The notes beneath the pieces are model-generated. The model was not told the DNA's origin. It did no database searches and saw nothing but the letters and a program-made list of their open reading frames with translations. Positions 16,467 to 25,310 of a stretch of DNA of 34,835 bases are shown one piece after another (position 1 is the first letter of the stretch; every line of letters begins with the position of its first letter). The position numbers and the translations under genes are program-made. This DNA is from Bacteriovoracaceae bacterium (lineage in GTDB: Bacteria; Bdellovibrionota; Bacteriovoracia; Bacteriovoracales; Bacteriovoracaceae). The DNA lies in contig JABIHA010000090.1 in NCBI GenBank assembly GCA_018649885.1, forward strand, positions 1 through 34,835. The letters are read 5' to 3'.

Positions 16467-19190
16467 ATGAAACCAGTGCATTTAATTTTATTAGGCAGTT
16501 TACTTGCAAGCTTAGGTGCTTTTGCAGGCGAGCTGAAACTTAGATCCGATTACCTTATTATGTATAAGGAAGCCGCGGCTCATTTCAAAACCATAGGTAT
16601 TGATGTGAAGCCTGGTATTTACTTACACAACAGAAGCCAAACTATTGGAAGAGAAGATCTTAAAGATATTTCTTCTGGTGGTAGCTGGAAAGTTCCTCTC
16701 ATTGGAAAGGAAATCTATTTGGGCTACGCTTCTGGTCAAGTTCCCAAAACTCGTAATGAAGTTTGGGCCATCTTTGATGGGAAATTCTTTTTGGTTAAAG
16801 ACCAAAAGGGAGCTACTCAACAAATTAACAATGGGGTTCCATTAGAGATTGTTCCAGCCAGAGAGGGAATGTATCTGGTAACCGCTTCTAAAAAGGTTAT
16901 TTTTAGATATCATGAAGCGGATAGAAACAAGACTCTTAAAAGTCAAAATCCCTACAACTTGTACTCACTTCATCCACACTCATATCAACTGAGTAGGGAC
17001 GGGCACAATATGTTGTTTTTAACTGAAGATTTAAAACTTGTAAGACACGGCAATGATGGAAAAAACCAAGTCATCGTTCCAAGCTTTGAGGAACATCCAA
17101 AGCTGGGGCCAAAGATGAGTTTTACAGGAGACGGGATCTTCCTTCCAACGGCAACAGGTATTGAATTTCTTAAATTAGACGGTACAGGAAAGGTTGAGAG
17201 CAAATCTCAAATCCTTACTCTTCGTTCTGATGAAAGAGTTGTTTTTTACGAAAATATTCCAATTCTTATTCAAAACCTAGCAGTAGGCGGAAAAAGAAAG
17301 TACATCCTCGGTGATGATGGCTCACTTCTTCCACTAGATGCTGGTAAGAACCTATACGGAACAAAGCTTAAGTCACTAGAGATTAATCTTCTTATGAGTT
17401 ATGCAGAAGATTGGGGCTCAAGAGCTAGACTTGGTCACTTCGATAGTATCTTTATTAGAGATGCTTATATTGAAAGAGCACTATCTTTATTAAAAGGTCA
17501 GACCATGACTTGGGTGAATATGTCAGGGCCTTACGGCGTTGGTAAATCATCACTACTTAAGTCAGTGACAAAGTATATTGTTAGACAACAAGAGAAAGGC
17601 TCTGTTGAGTGGGAAGAATTTGAAATCTTTCATTTTCCGCTATCTAGTGTGATCGCTGCTAAAACAGCTTCTGATCAGATTTGTCCTAAAGGTGTATGTA
17701 AAAATGGTGGAACTCCTCCATGGATTAAAGTTCAAAATGCACTTTTTGGTAGAAAAGTACTTATTTTGATGGATGACTTTTTAGATGATCCAGGTCTAGG
17801 GCCAACCAATATTAATAAGGCGATGGATGCATTTTTAGGATTTTTCCGTAAAGAGATTAAAGACGGAAAACTTAGAATTATCACTACTGCAGATGACATT
17901 CTCTGGAGAGATATAAACGTTGCTAACCCACAAGTTAAGAATATGGGTTATAACGTTACTGTTACATCTCCTCCACCAGAAGAGTTGGACGCGATGCTTT
18001 CAGCGGCCATGAGAAGTCTTGAAGGAAAATTCAAGGTTAGTTTTGGCGAAGGTGTTAAGGGTATTATCCTTGACTCTGCAAGAGAGCTTTTTCCAATAGA
18101 TGTTGAACCAAATAGATCAATTAGATCAGCAGAAATTTTGGCGAGAACTCACGGGAGTATCAATAGCAAGGGAATCACACAGATTGGGGTTCTTGAAGTT
18201 AGAAAGCACTTTCTATCTTACGTATTTGATGCCACTAAACTTGAAGAAATGGATACTGTTGCTCTTAGAGCGATGCTAGATCGTGAAGTTGTAGGTCATG
18301 AAGAAGTTAAAGATGAAATTGTTAATAAGTTCATCTCTTTAAAGCTTGGTATCATCTCTATGGATGAGCCCATCGCAAAATTTCTTTTCACAGGACCTAC
18401 TGGAGTTGGGAAAACCTATACAGCTGAGCTACTTGCTAAGCAAATAGGTGTACCAATGATCAAGATTGACATGAGTTATTTCACTGGATTTGATCCAGAT
18501 TCAATGATCACTCAAATGGTAAAAAATCAAAAGGGTAAGCCTTATGTATTACTACTTGATGATGTTGATAAGTCAGCTGTCAAACTTGCAGAACTAAGAG
18601 GCCTTATAGAAAGAGGGATCTACGCTGAAGGAACAGACAATGAGCTAAGCTTTAGAAATGCCATCATTATTATGACTGGTAACTATGGCGCCAAGCTTAT
18701 TTCAGAAGCCTCAAGCCTTAGCATTAAAGAAATTCTTCCACTTCTAAGAGAATATGTTCTCAGTGGTGAGACTCCTGCTAATGAAAAAATTCCACTTCAC
18801 GTATGGGCAAGACTTCAAGAATCAACTTTGATTTTTAAAGCTCTTACAGAAGATCAACTAACACTAGTTTCTAAGAAATTTGTAAAAGAATTAAGTAGAG
18901 ACTTTATGCTCAGAGAAAATATCAAGATTATGGTTGGTGACAATTACCTTGAGTATGTTGTTTCAACTAGCCTTGATAGCTCCCTTGGTGCTTCTCCAAT
19001 TCGTGAGAAAATCGTGGGCGATCTCAAGAGAAAAATTGCAGAACATCTATTTGCCATTAAAGAAGCTGATAAGACTAAGGCCATTATGCTCAAGATTTTT
19101 CCAAGAGTCAGAAAGGTTTACATCGATCAAGCTCCATCTGGCAGATTAGTGATTGTAAATAATACGCAAGCAGGATTTCCTGTTAAATAG
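16467..19190 (+). CDS. Signal-peptide-bearing Clp/Hsp100-like double AAA+ protein, catalytically degenerate
   Basis: Signal peptide MKPVHLILLGSLLASLGAFA. Walker A motifs GPYGVGKS (17526-17549) and GPTGVGKT (18393-18416). Walker B reads ILMDD and LLLDDVDK. Also VVGHEEVK, IDMS and IIIMTGN; sensor-2 reads GASP. Confidence 0.85.
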   Translation: MKPVHLILLGSLLASLGAFAGELKLRSDYLIMYKEAAAHFKTIGIDVKPGIYLHNRSQTIGREDLKDISSGGSWKVPLIGKEIYLGYASGQVPKTRNEVWAIFDGKFFLVKDQKGATQQINNGVPLEIVPAREGMYLVTASKKVIFRYHEADRNKTLKSQNPYNLYSLHPHSYQLSRDGHNMLFLTEDLKLVRHGNDGKNQVIVPSFEEHPKLGPKMSFTGDGIFLPTATGIEFLKLDGTGKVESKSQILTLRSDERVVFYENIPILIQNLAVGGKRKYILGDDGSLLPLDAGKNLYGTKLKSLEINLLMSYAEDWGSRARLGHFDSIFIRDAYIERALSLLKGQTMTWVNMSGPYGVGKSSLLKSVTKYIVRQQEKGSVEWEEFEIFHFPLSSVIAAKTASDQICPKGVCKNGGTPPWIKVQNALFGRKVLILMDDFLDDPGLGPTNINKAMDAFLGFFRKEIKDGKLRIITTADDILWRDINVANPQVKNMGYNVTVTSPPPEELDAMLSAAMRSLEGKFKVSFGEGVKGIILDSARELFPIDVEPNRSIRSAEILARTHGSINSKGITQIGVLEVRKHFLSYVFDATKLEEMDTVALRAMLDREVVGHEEVKDEIVNKFISLKLGIISMDEPIAKFLFTGPTGVGKTYTAELLAKQIGVPMIKIDMSYFTGFDPDSMITQMVKNQKGKPYVLLLDDVDKSAVKLAELRGLIERGIYAEGTDNELSFRNAIIIMTGNYGAKLISEASSLSIKEILPLLREYVLSGETPANEKIPLHVWARLQESTLIFKALTEDQLTLVSKKFVKELSRDFMLRENIKIMVGDNYLEYVVSTSLDSSLGASPIREKIVGDLKRKIAEHLFAIKEADKTKAIMLKIFPRVRKVYIDQAPSGRLVIVNNTQAGFPVK

Positions 19191-19216
19191 GACTTAGAAC
19201 ATAAAGGAGTATGTTT

Positions 19217-20026
19217 ATGAAATTCATGATGATTGGGGTTCTTACCTTAGCTTTTGGGATGAATGCCTTCGCAGAGGAAGACGATTTCTTTCGCAAGAAA
19301 AATGCTATTCTCTTTGTTCTCGATATCTCTGGCTCTATGATGGGAGCGCCTTTGACGAAAGTTAAGGGAGTGATTGCAAGGACTATTCCGAAGGTTAATA
19401 AGAAAGATTACGTTGGGCTTATTTCATTTTCAGGATGTGGCCATAACTATGTAAAGACTCAGGTACCTCTAACAGTCGGTGCTCATACAAAGGTTGTGGC
19501 ACGCGCAGCTGGACTTAGAGCAGGAGGAGCAACTGATTTATCACTCGCTCTAACTTACGCCGAAAACGAAGTAGCTAGGCTTGATCATGGTACATGTGCC
19601 AGTGTGATTGTTCTAACAGACGGAGCAGATTCGTGTGGGAACAAAAATGCTAAAGATCGTGCAGAAGACATCTCTACTAAATACGGAAACTGTAAGTCAG
19701 TAGACGTTATTAGTATTGGTATGGGCGATTGGGAAGGCGACATCCTAGATGATATTGCTAAAAATGGTAAAGGCGATCACAGAAGAGTTGAAGAGCCTGA
19801 TGACATTGAAGAGCAAATCAAAGATATCCTTAAAAAACGTCAACGAGACAGCAAAGGTAAAGGTGGCTGGGAAGGCGACTATAAGGATAAAAAAGACAAG
19901 AAGAAAGGTGACGACAAAAAAGGTGACGACCCTGAAGAGAAGAAAAGATCTGATGAAAGGGAACGTGAACGTCAAAGACAAAAACAAAAAGAAGGTAAAG
20001 GTAAAGGTAAGGGTGGCAAGAAGTAG
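19217..20026 (+). CDS. Secreted von Willebrand factor A (vWA) domain protein with highly charged C-terminal tail
   Basis: AAGGAG RBS (19204-19209) favours ATG 19217; 19211 is the alternative. Signal peptide ends AFA. MIDAS is intact (DISGS, GATD, LTDG). 4 Cys and a K/D/E/R-rich tail. Confidence 0.9.
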   Translation: MKFMMIGVLTLAFGMNAFAEEDDFFRKKNAILFVLDISGSMMGAPLTKVKGVIARTIPKVNKKDYVGLISFSGCGHNYVKTQVPLTVGAHTKVVARAAGLRAGGATDLSLALTYAENEVARLDHGTCASVIVLTDGADSCGNKNAKDRAEDISTKYGNCKSVDVISIGMGDWEGDILDDIAKNGKGDHRRVEEPDDIEEQIKDILKKRQRDSKGKGGWEGDYKDKKDKKKGDDKKGDDPEEKKRSDERERERQRQKQKEGKGKGKGGKK

Positions 20027-20076
20027 CCACCGCTTTCTTAACCTATGCTTATTCTCATCCAATTTGGGAGGATCAT

Positions 20077-22455
20077 ATGCGGTTTAAAAAGTTTTGGAGT
20101 ACAGTTCTACTTATGTGTGCGGGGACGTCCTTGTATGCAGCAGACTGTAGCAAATTTCCTAGTGAAAATTTTGACTGGGTTAAGAAAACTCCATCAGGGC
20201 ATTGCCTTGGTCTTAGGGTTGCTGGCAATCAAAAAGCGAGTAATATTTTAGAAGGTGATATGGTATGGATCGAAGGAAACAAGCCATATCGTATTGGTGC
20301 AGAGCCTGGAACTTTCGTTTTTACTAAAAGTGGCGTCATGGGCGTTTACTTTCAAGGTCGAAATGCTGAAATTCGTTCATGGACCTCTCTTGATAAATCA
20401 ATAAAGCCAAAGATTTGTCGTAAGAATATTTCCATTAAAGATTTAAGAAGTGGAAAAATTAGAATTACGCCAATTAGAGGCAAAGGGTATGCAGTACAAG
20501 AGAAAGTTGTTTCTCAGTCATATTTCGAAGGTTGTGAAAAATCTGGAAAAGGTAAAATCTTCGCTGATCTTACTGAATCTGATCGAATCTCGCTTCAGAA
20601 GTACTCACCTTTTTCTCACTTGTCAAATGATCTAACAGATCCTGAAACCAATGCAACACTTCCTGAAATTTTGGGAAGAGATGAGTTGGTTGATAAGCTG
20701 ATTGCAAGATTTAGAAATGATTCCAAAAGATCAACTATGCTTTGGGGTCCAGCTGGTGTTGGTAAAACAGCTCTTGCTTACAGACTTGCCACAAGAATTG
20801 TTAGAGGTGAAGTTCCCGATTGGTTGAAAGACTGGTCAGTTCATATCATCGATCTTGGTGCTGTAAACGGTGAAGGTTTTTCAGGTTTAGCTGAAAAGAA
20901 AATGACTGAAATCGTAAAAGCTGCCTCTGGGAAAAAGACAATCCTCCTAATGGATGAAATCCATCAATTAGTGGGAATGGGAACAGGGGAAAATGATAGC
21001 TCTGACGTGACTGAGGTTATGAAGACTAACCTTGCGAACGGACAATTAGCTGTTATTGGAACTCTTACAGATGCTCCCGGTGAAATGTCTTTAGTAAGAC
21101 AAAAAGAAGCTTTCTTTTCTAGATTCACTAGAATCCATGTTTCTGATCCAAACGATGATGTTTTGATGATGATCTACAAGTACAAGGCCAAAAAAGCTAG
21201 AAGACGTACTAATGTGATCATTAATGACAAGTTGTTAAAGCACCTTGTTAGACTCACAAGACAGTATATTCCTGATGAGCATCACCCAAGAGTTGGGATC
21301 ACATTCATTGAACTCATGGAAAATCAGCTGGCTCCAGCAGATGACTCTAAAACATATACAGCAACTAAGACTGATCTTGAAGCTCTTGTTGGTGAATATG
21401 CAAACGTCATTGTTCTCAAAAGAGGCAAGGACAAGAGAAGCTTTCTCGAAAGAGTTGTTGATTTCCAAAAAGACGTAAGAAAGAAATACGTAGGACAAGG
21501 AAAAGCTGTTGACGCTATTGAAGCTGAACTTCTAAACCTTGCGGCTAACAATAAAAAAGATGAAAGACCTGCAGGGATCTTTTTATTCCTAGGGCCATCT
21601 GGTGTTGGTAAATCTTATCTTGCAAAGACTACTGGTAAAATGTTTGAGATGACTCCTAAGCTTTTTCCAATGTCTCAGTACACAAGTGACGCTGATGTGA
21701 ACACTCTTTTTGGTGCTCCTGAAGGCTATGTGGGTTACAACCCAGCTGGTGGACTACTTGTAAGATGGGTTAAAAACAATCCTACTTCTACACTAATCTT
21801 TGATGAAATTGACAAGGCCCACGCTAAGATTTTTGATTCTCTTTTAAGTCTTCTTGAAGACGGTGAAGTAGCTTCAAAAGGCGGCGGTGTAACAGCTAAA
21901 TTTTCTAACGGTTTTATCTTTTTTACCTCAAACTTTGGAATGGATATGATTGATGCATATGACGTCAACGTTCTTAAAATTCCAGAGCCATCAGGTCACT
22001 TTGGTAAGAAATACAAAGAAGAAGAAATACCCAAAACTGAAAATGGTCTGAAGCAGAGAATTCTTAATGATCTGATTAAAGACCAGAAGTTTGGTTCTTA
22101 CTTTGCGGGTCGTATCAGCATTGACAATATTGTTGTCTTTCACCACTTAAATCCTGAAGAGGGACGTAAGATTGCAGTTCTTGAAACAGCAAACGTGAAG
22201 AGAATGTTTGTAGATGCTAATAAAGTAGTTCTAGATCCAAAGGTTGTTACTTACATTGCTGATCAAGGTGTTGACTTTAGATTTGGTGCCAGATCTCTTA
22301 GATACGTAGCTCACAGGGTAATTAAAAATCCAGTAAACAGAGCAATCGTTGAACTTAAGAAGAAAGACATCCTACCTGAAAAGTATGACATCGGTATCAC
22401 ACTTAAAGACGCAAAAACCGGTGAAGTTGATGTCACAATAACTGAGGCCATATAA
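20077..22455 (+). CDS. Signal-peptide-bearing ClpA/ClpB-like double AAA+ ATPase with canonical motifs
   Basis: Signal peptide MRFKKFWSTVLLMCAGTSLYA. D1: ILGRD, GPAGVGKT, LLMDEIHQLVG, AFFSRF. D2: VGQGKAV, RPAGIFLFLGPSGVGKS, LFGAPEGYVGY, LIFDEIDKAH, FTSNFG, FGARSLR. No Clp N-domain or M-domain. Confidence 0.9.
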   Translation: MRFKKFWSTVLLMCAGTSLYAADCSKFPSENFDWVKKTPSGHCLGLRVAGNQKASNILEGDMVWIEGNKPYRIGAEPGTFVFTKSGVMGVYFQGRNAEIRSWTSLDKSIKPKICRKNISIKDLRSGKIRITPIRGKGYAVQEKVVSQSYFEGCEKSGKGKIFADLTESDRISLQKYSPFSHLSNDLTDPETNATLPEILGRDELVDKLIARFRNDSKRSTMLWGPAGVGKTALAYRLATRIVRGEVPDWLKDWSVHIIDLGAVNGEGFSGLAEKKMTEIVKAASGKKTILLMDEIHQLVGMGTGENDSSDVTEVMKTNLANGQLAVIGTLTDAPGEMSLVRQKEAFFSRFTRIHVSDPNDDVLMMIYKYKAKKARRRTNVIINDKLLKHLVRLTRQYIPDEHHPRVGITFIELMENQLAPADDSKTYTATKTDLEALVGEYANVIVLKRGKDKRSFLERVVDFQKDVRKKYVGQGKAVDAIEAELLNLAANNKKDERPAGIFLFLGPSGVGKSYLAKTTGKMFEMTPKLFPMSQYTSDADVNTLFGAPEGYVGYNPAGGLLVRWVKNNPTSTLIFDEIDKAHAKIFDSLLSLLEDGEVASKGGGVTAKFSNGFIFFTSNFGMDMIDAYDVNVLKIPEPSGHFGKKYKEEEIPKTENGLKQRILNDLIKDQKFGSYFAGRISIDNIVVFHHLNPEEGRKIAVLETANVKRMFVDANKVVLDPKVVTYIADQGVDFRFGARSLRYVAHRVIKNPVNRAIVELKKKDILPEKYDIGITLKDAKTGEVDVTITEAI

Positions 22456-22456
22456 A

Positions 22457-23221
22457 ATGAAAAAAGTATTTGGTTTAACATTGGTAATTCTTGCTAATCT
22501 TGCCTGGGGTATCCCCAGGGAAGTTAGGCTGGGTATGGAAGGTTTAGGCTATCTTAATATTGGAGGAGCATCATTTTGTAATGCTGTGATGATCTCTCCA
22601 AGTTACGCCTTAACTAATAACCACTGCGTTTCTACACAAGAAGCCTGCGATGAAACTTTCATGGTTTTCACAAGAGACGGTGAAGAGAGAATCGGAAGCT
22701 ATCAGTGTAGAAGAGTTCTAGCTACAGGAGATAAAGGAGAAGCTGGTCTTGACTACACACTCCTTGAGTTCGAAGACTATCCAGGCTTTTGGCATGGAAG
22801 TGTTCCTCTTGCAGATATGAGCGACAGTGTAAAATATCCTAAAGAAGGATTTGAGATCTGGAGATTAAAAGTTGATCCTCCAGGATTTATTAAAAGAAGA
22901 TCACTTCCAAGTTACGCTCTTTGTTTTGGTAAGTTGGCAACTGACACTACTGAGTACATGTCAGTTGACCCAGATTATCTGGACCGACCTTGTCACACAC
23001 AACAAGGTAACTCGGGTGGAGCATTTTTAGATGGTGATGGTAAACTTCTGGGTCTAACGGCTCAAGGTGAACTGGATGAGAAAGAATCTCACCCAGAGAT
23101 CAACGACATTGTATTAAAAGAGCTTAAAGGCCCTACAATTCGTACTATCTTACTTAAAATTCCTCATCTTAAGGATTTGATCAAAAAAGACGTCCCCATG
23201 GGAGATTTCTTTAACCTCTAA
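22457..23221 (+). CDS. Secreted trypsin-like (S1) serine protease
   Basis: Signal peptide, catalytic triad motifs TNNHC, DYTL and GNSGG, and 6 Cys. Confidence 0.9.
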   Translation: MKKVFGLTLVILANLAWGIPREVRLGMEGLGYLNIGGASFCNAVMISPSYALTNNHCVSTQEACDETFMVFTRDGEERIGSYQCRRVLATGDKGEAGLDYTLLEFEDYPGFWHGSVPLADMSDSVKYPKEGFEIWRLKVDPPGFIKRRSLPSYALCFGKLATDTTEYMSVDPDYLDRPCHTQQGNSGGAFLDGDGKLLGLTAQGELDEKESHPEINDIVLKELKGPTIRTILLKIPHLKDLIKKDVPMGDFFNL

Positions 23222-23232
23222 AGGAGGGCGTT

Positions 23233-23874
23233 TTGCAGGAGGCCATTCGGTCAGGTAAAAAACTTTGGGCCATTCTTATTACAGGATGGATCATGGGACA
23301 AGGCCAGATGGTTGCAGGCTCTCTTTCAAGATGGTCACATCATTTTATTGCAAATAAGGGCAGCATCGCTGCCCTTACTATTGTCAACACCGCTATCACA
23401 ACTACTATGGAGTTTGCTGGAAGATCACTGCAAATGCCCTTCAAAAAGAAAATGAAGGATCAGTACTTTTTTGTAACTAGTAAAAGTGGTGGAAAGACAA
23501 TAAATCGTCAAAGTATGATCAATATAATAATGGCGATAGTGGGAACTCTTATTGGAGGACCTGTATTCTTTTTTATGAAACGATCACATCGATTCTTGTT
23601 CTTTATTACATTCGGAATATTTAACTCCTGTCTCGGGCAGGGCATGGCCGGAGTGATGTTAGATGGGGCCTTTACTCTAGAAAAATCTAGATTAGTTTTC
23701 GATTTCTTTTACAGTGGCACCTGGAAGTTTCTAGTTTTTGAATTTGTCAGAACTCCTATCGTTAGGGCCGGACAAAATATAGTCAAACTTGGACTTATCA
23801 GAAGTAATCAAAAGTTTTTTAGCACATTTGTAAAAATTCAAATTATAGATTTAATTGGACTTGGCGGACGTTGA
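23233..23874 (+). CDS. Hypothetical basic membrane protein
   Basis: AAGGAGG RBS with TTG start, several hydrophobic segments, and tight operon spacing. Confidence 0.7.
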   Translation: MQEAIRSGKKLWAILITGWIMGQGQMVAGSLSRWSHHFIANKGSIAALTIVNTAITTTMEFAGRSLQMPFKKKMKDQYFFVTSKSGGKTINRQSMINIIMAIVGTLIGGPVFFFMKRSHRFLFFITFGIFNSCLGQGMAGVMLDGAFTLEKSRLVFDFFYSGTWKFLVFEFVRTPIVRAGQNIVKLGLIRSNQKFFSTFVKIQIIDLIGLGGR

Positions 23875-23875
23875 G

Positions 23876-25291
23876 ATGAACAAATTACTACTCATTATAG
23901 GTATTTTTGTTTTTTGGGTATCACCTGACTCAAACGCTTTGTCTTTAAAAGATATATCAGTGGGAGGACAGCTCAGCTGCTACCACATTGATGATGAAAG
24001 TAGTGGTGAGCTTGAGCTTAGATGCACGGGCAATACCAAGTTCGGAGGAGATAAAATTCCGGTGGAGTTGATTTCTCCCAAATTGGTTTCCATTGGTAAA
24101 AGGCATATTTGCGCGGCCACGGCTGAAAGAGTGATTTGCTGGGGAGATAATCGTAAGGGCCAGTCGACGCCCCCGAAAAATCTTAAAGATGTGGAGCATC
24201 TTGCAAGCGGAAGCCTTTTTAGCTGTGCTATCGACAAATTTGGAAAGCTAGACTGTTGGGGAGATGATCATGCGATGCCACTGAGTCCCTACTTTGGCTC
24301 AGTGACTAAAATGAGCGCAGGGGACTCTCATATGTGTATCTTGCAAGATACTGGTAATGTGGGAAAGGTGAGATGCTTTGGTGATAATCGCCACTCACAA
24401 ATCGATGTTCCTCTTAGTCTAAAAAATCCTGTGTCCTTATCAAGTGGTGCCAATCACAACTGTGTCATTGATGAACTTGAAAAAGATCTTAAATATGTGG
24501 CAATTTGTTGGGGAGATAAAACTTACGGTCAAATTTATACTCCAGCGGGTCTTGAAATTGTAGTGGATATTTCCACCGGCAGAAATCATACCTGTGCAGT
24601 GGACTTATACCAGGGAGTGAATTGCTGGGGAGATAATTCCATGGGGCAGATTAATACTCCACCTCTTCCTAGCGGTAAAAAATTTCAAGGAATAATTAGC
24701 GGAGATTACCATAGCTGTGCTTGGGGTGCTGATGATCTCGTTTGTTGGGGAAACTCCTACTTTAAATTGGACACAATTCCCGAAGATATTAAGACCCTCA
24801 AAAATAATATGGGAGATAAAAAGCTACCCGTCACCTATCGGCTGGCCGAAATGGGGTTTGCTAAAGAGATGAGCTACAAAAGTTATCACAGTAGTGGCTA
24901 TCTTAGGGGCTTTAGATATGTTCTTGATCACAAGTCACTGCTTTCAAAAATAGGCTATATAGCTAAAAGTAGCGCTAGGAATATCAGGCTTGCTATTTAT
25001 AGTGATTACCTAGGACAGCCCCATAAACTTGTGGCCCAGACATCACTAAAAAAGCTACTCAGTGGAAGGCATGAGCAAGATATTGTTGGCGGTGAAATAT
25101 TTTTAGGGCCTGAGGCCTACTGGCTGATGGCACAAGTTGATACAAACTCAGTAATTGGAGAGGGCTATCCCGGACCCAGTGATTTAAATTGTTATAGATA
25201 TTTGAGCGATATAAATTCACCTCTTCCTAGTGTTTTTGGCAAGGCCACTTGCAATACCACTAATAAGAGATGGAACTACTACACAAAATAA
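23876..25291 (+). CDS. Secreted RCC1/BLIP-II repeat beta-propeller protein with C-terminal domain
   Basis: Likely ATG at 23876 (MNKLLLIIGIFVFWVSPDSNA). Repeated (S/A)G..H.C.......V.CWG.N..GQ...P units. Confidence 0.9.
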   Translation: MNKLLLIIGIFVFWVSPDSNALSLKDISVGGQLSCYHIDDESSGELELRCTGNTKFGGDKIPVELISPKLVSIGKRHICAATAERVICWGDNRKGQSTPPKNLKDVEHLASGSLFSCAIDKFGKLDCWGDDHAMPLSPYFGSVTKMSAGDSHMCILQDTGNVGKVRCFGDNRHSQIDVPLSLKNPVSLSSGANHNCVIDELEKDLKYVAICWGDKTYGQIYTPAGLEIVVDISTGRNHTCAVDLYQGVNCWGDNSMGQINTPPLPSGKKFQGIISGDYHSCAWGADDLVCWGNSYFKLDTIPEDIKTLKNNMGDKKLPVTYRLAEMGFAKEMSYKSYHSSGYLRGFRYVLDHKSLLSKIGYIAKSSARNIRLAIYSDYLGQPHKLVAQTSLKKLLSGRHEQDIVGGEIFLGPEAYWLMAQVDTNSVIGEGYPGPSDLNCYRYLSDINSPLPSVFGKATCNTTNKRWNYYTK

Positions 25292-25310
25292 TTTGCTTAA
25301 GGGGGCAAAG

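Noticed and set aside
16467..20026. MoxR-vWA chaperone system
   Set aside because: The ATPases are double-ring Clp-clade proteins (GYVG, DEIDKAH, GAR), not single-ring MoxR proteins.
16467..22455. Calling the ATPases housekeeping clpA/clpB or T6SS clpV
   Set aside because: They have no Clp N-terminal repeat domain or ClpB M-domain, both carry signal peptides, and no T6SS genes are in the window.
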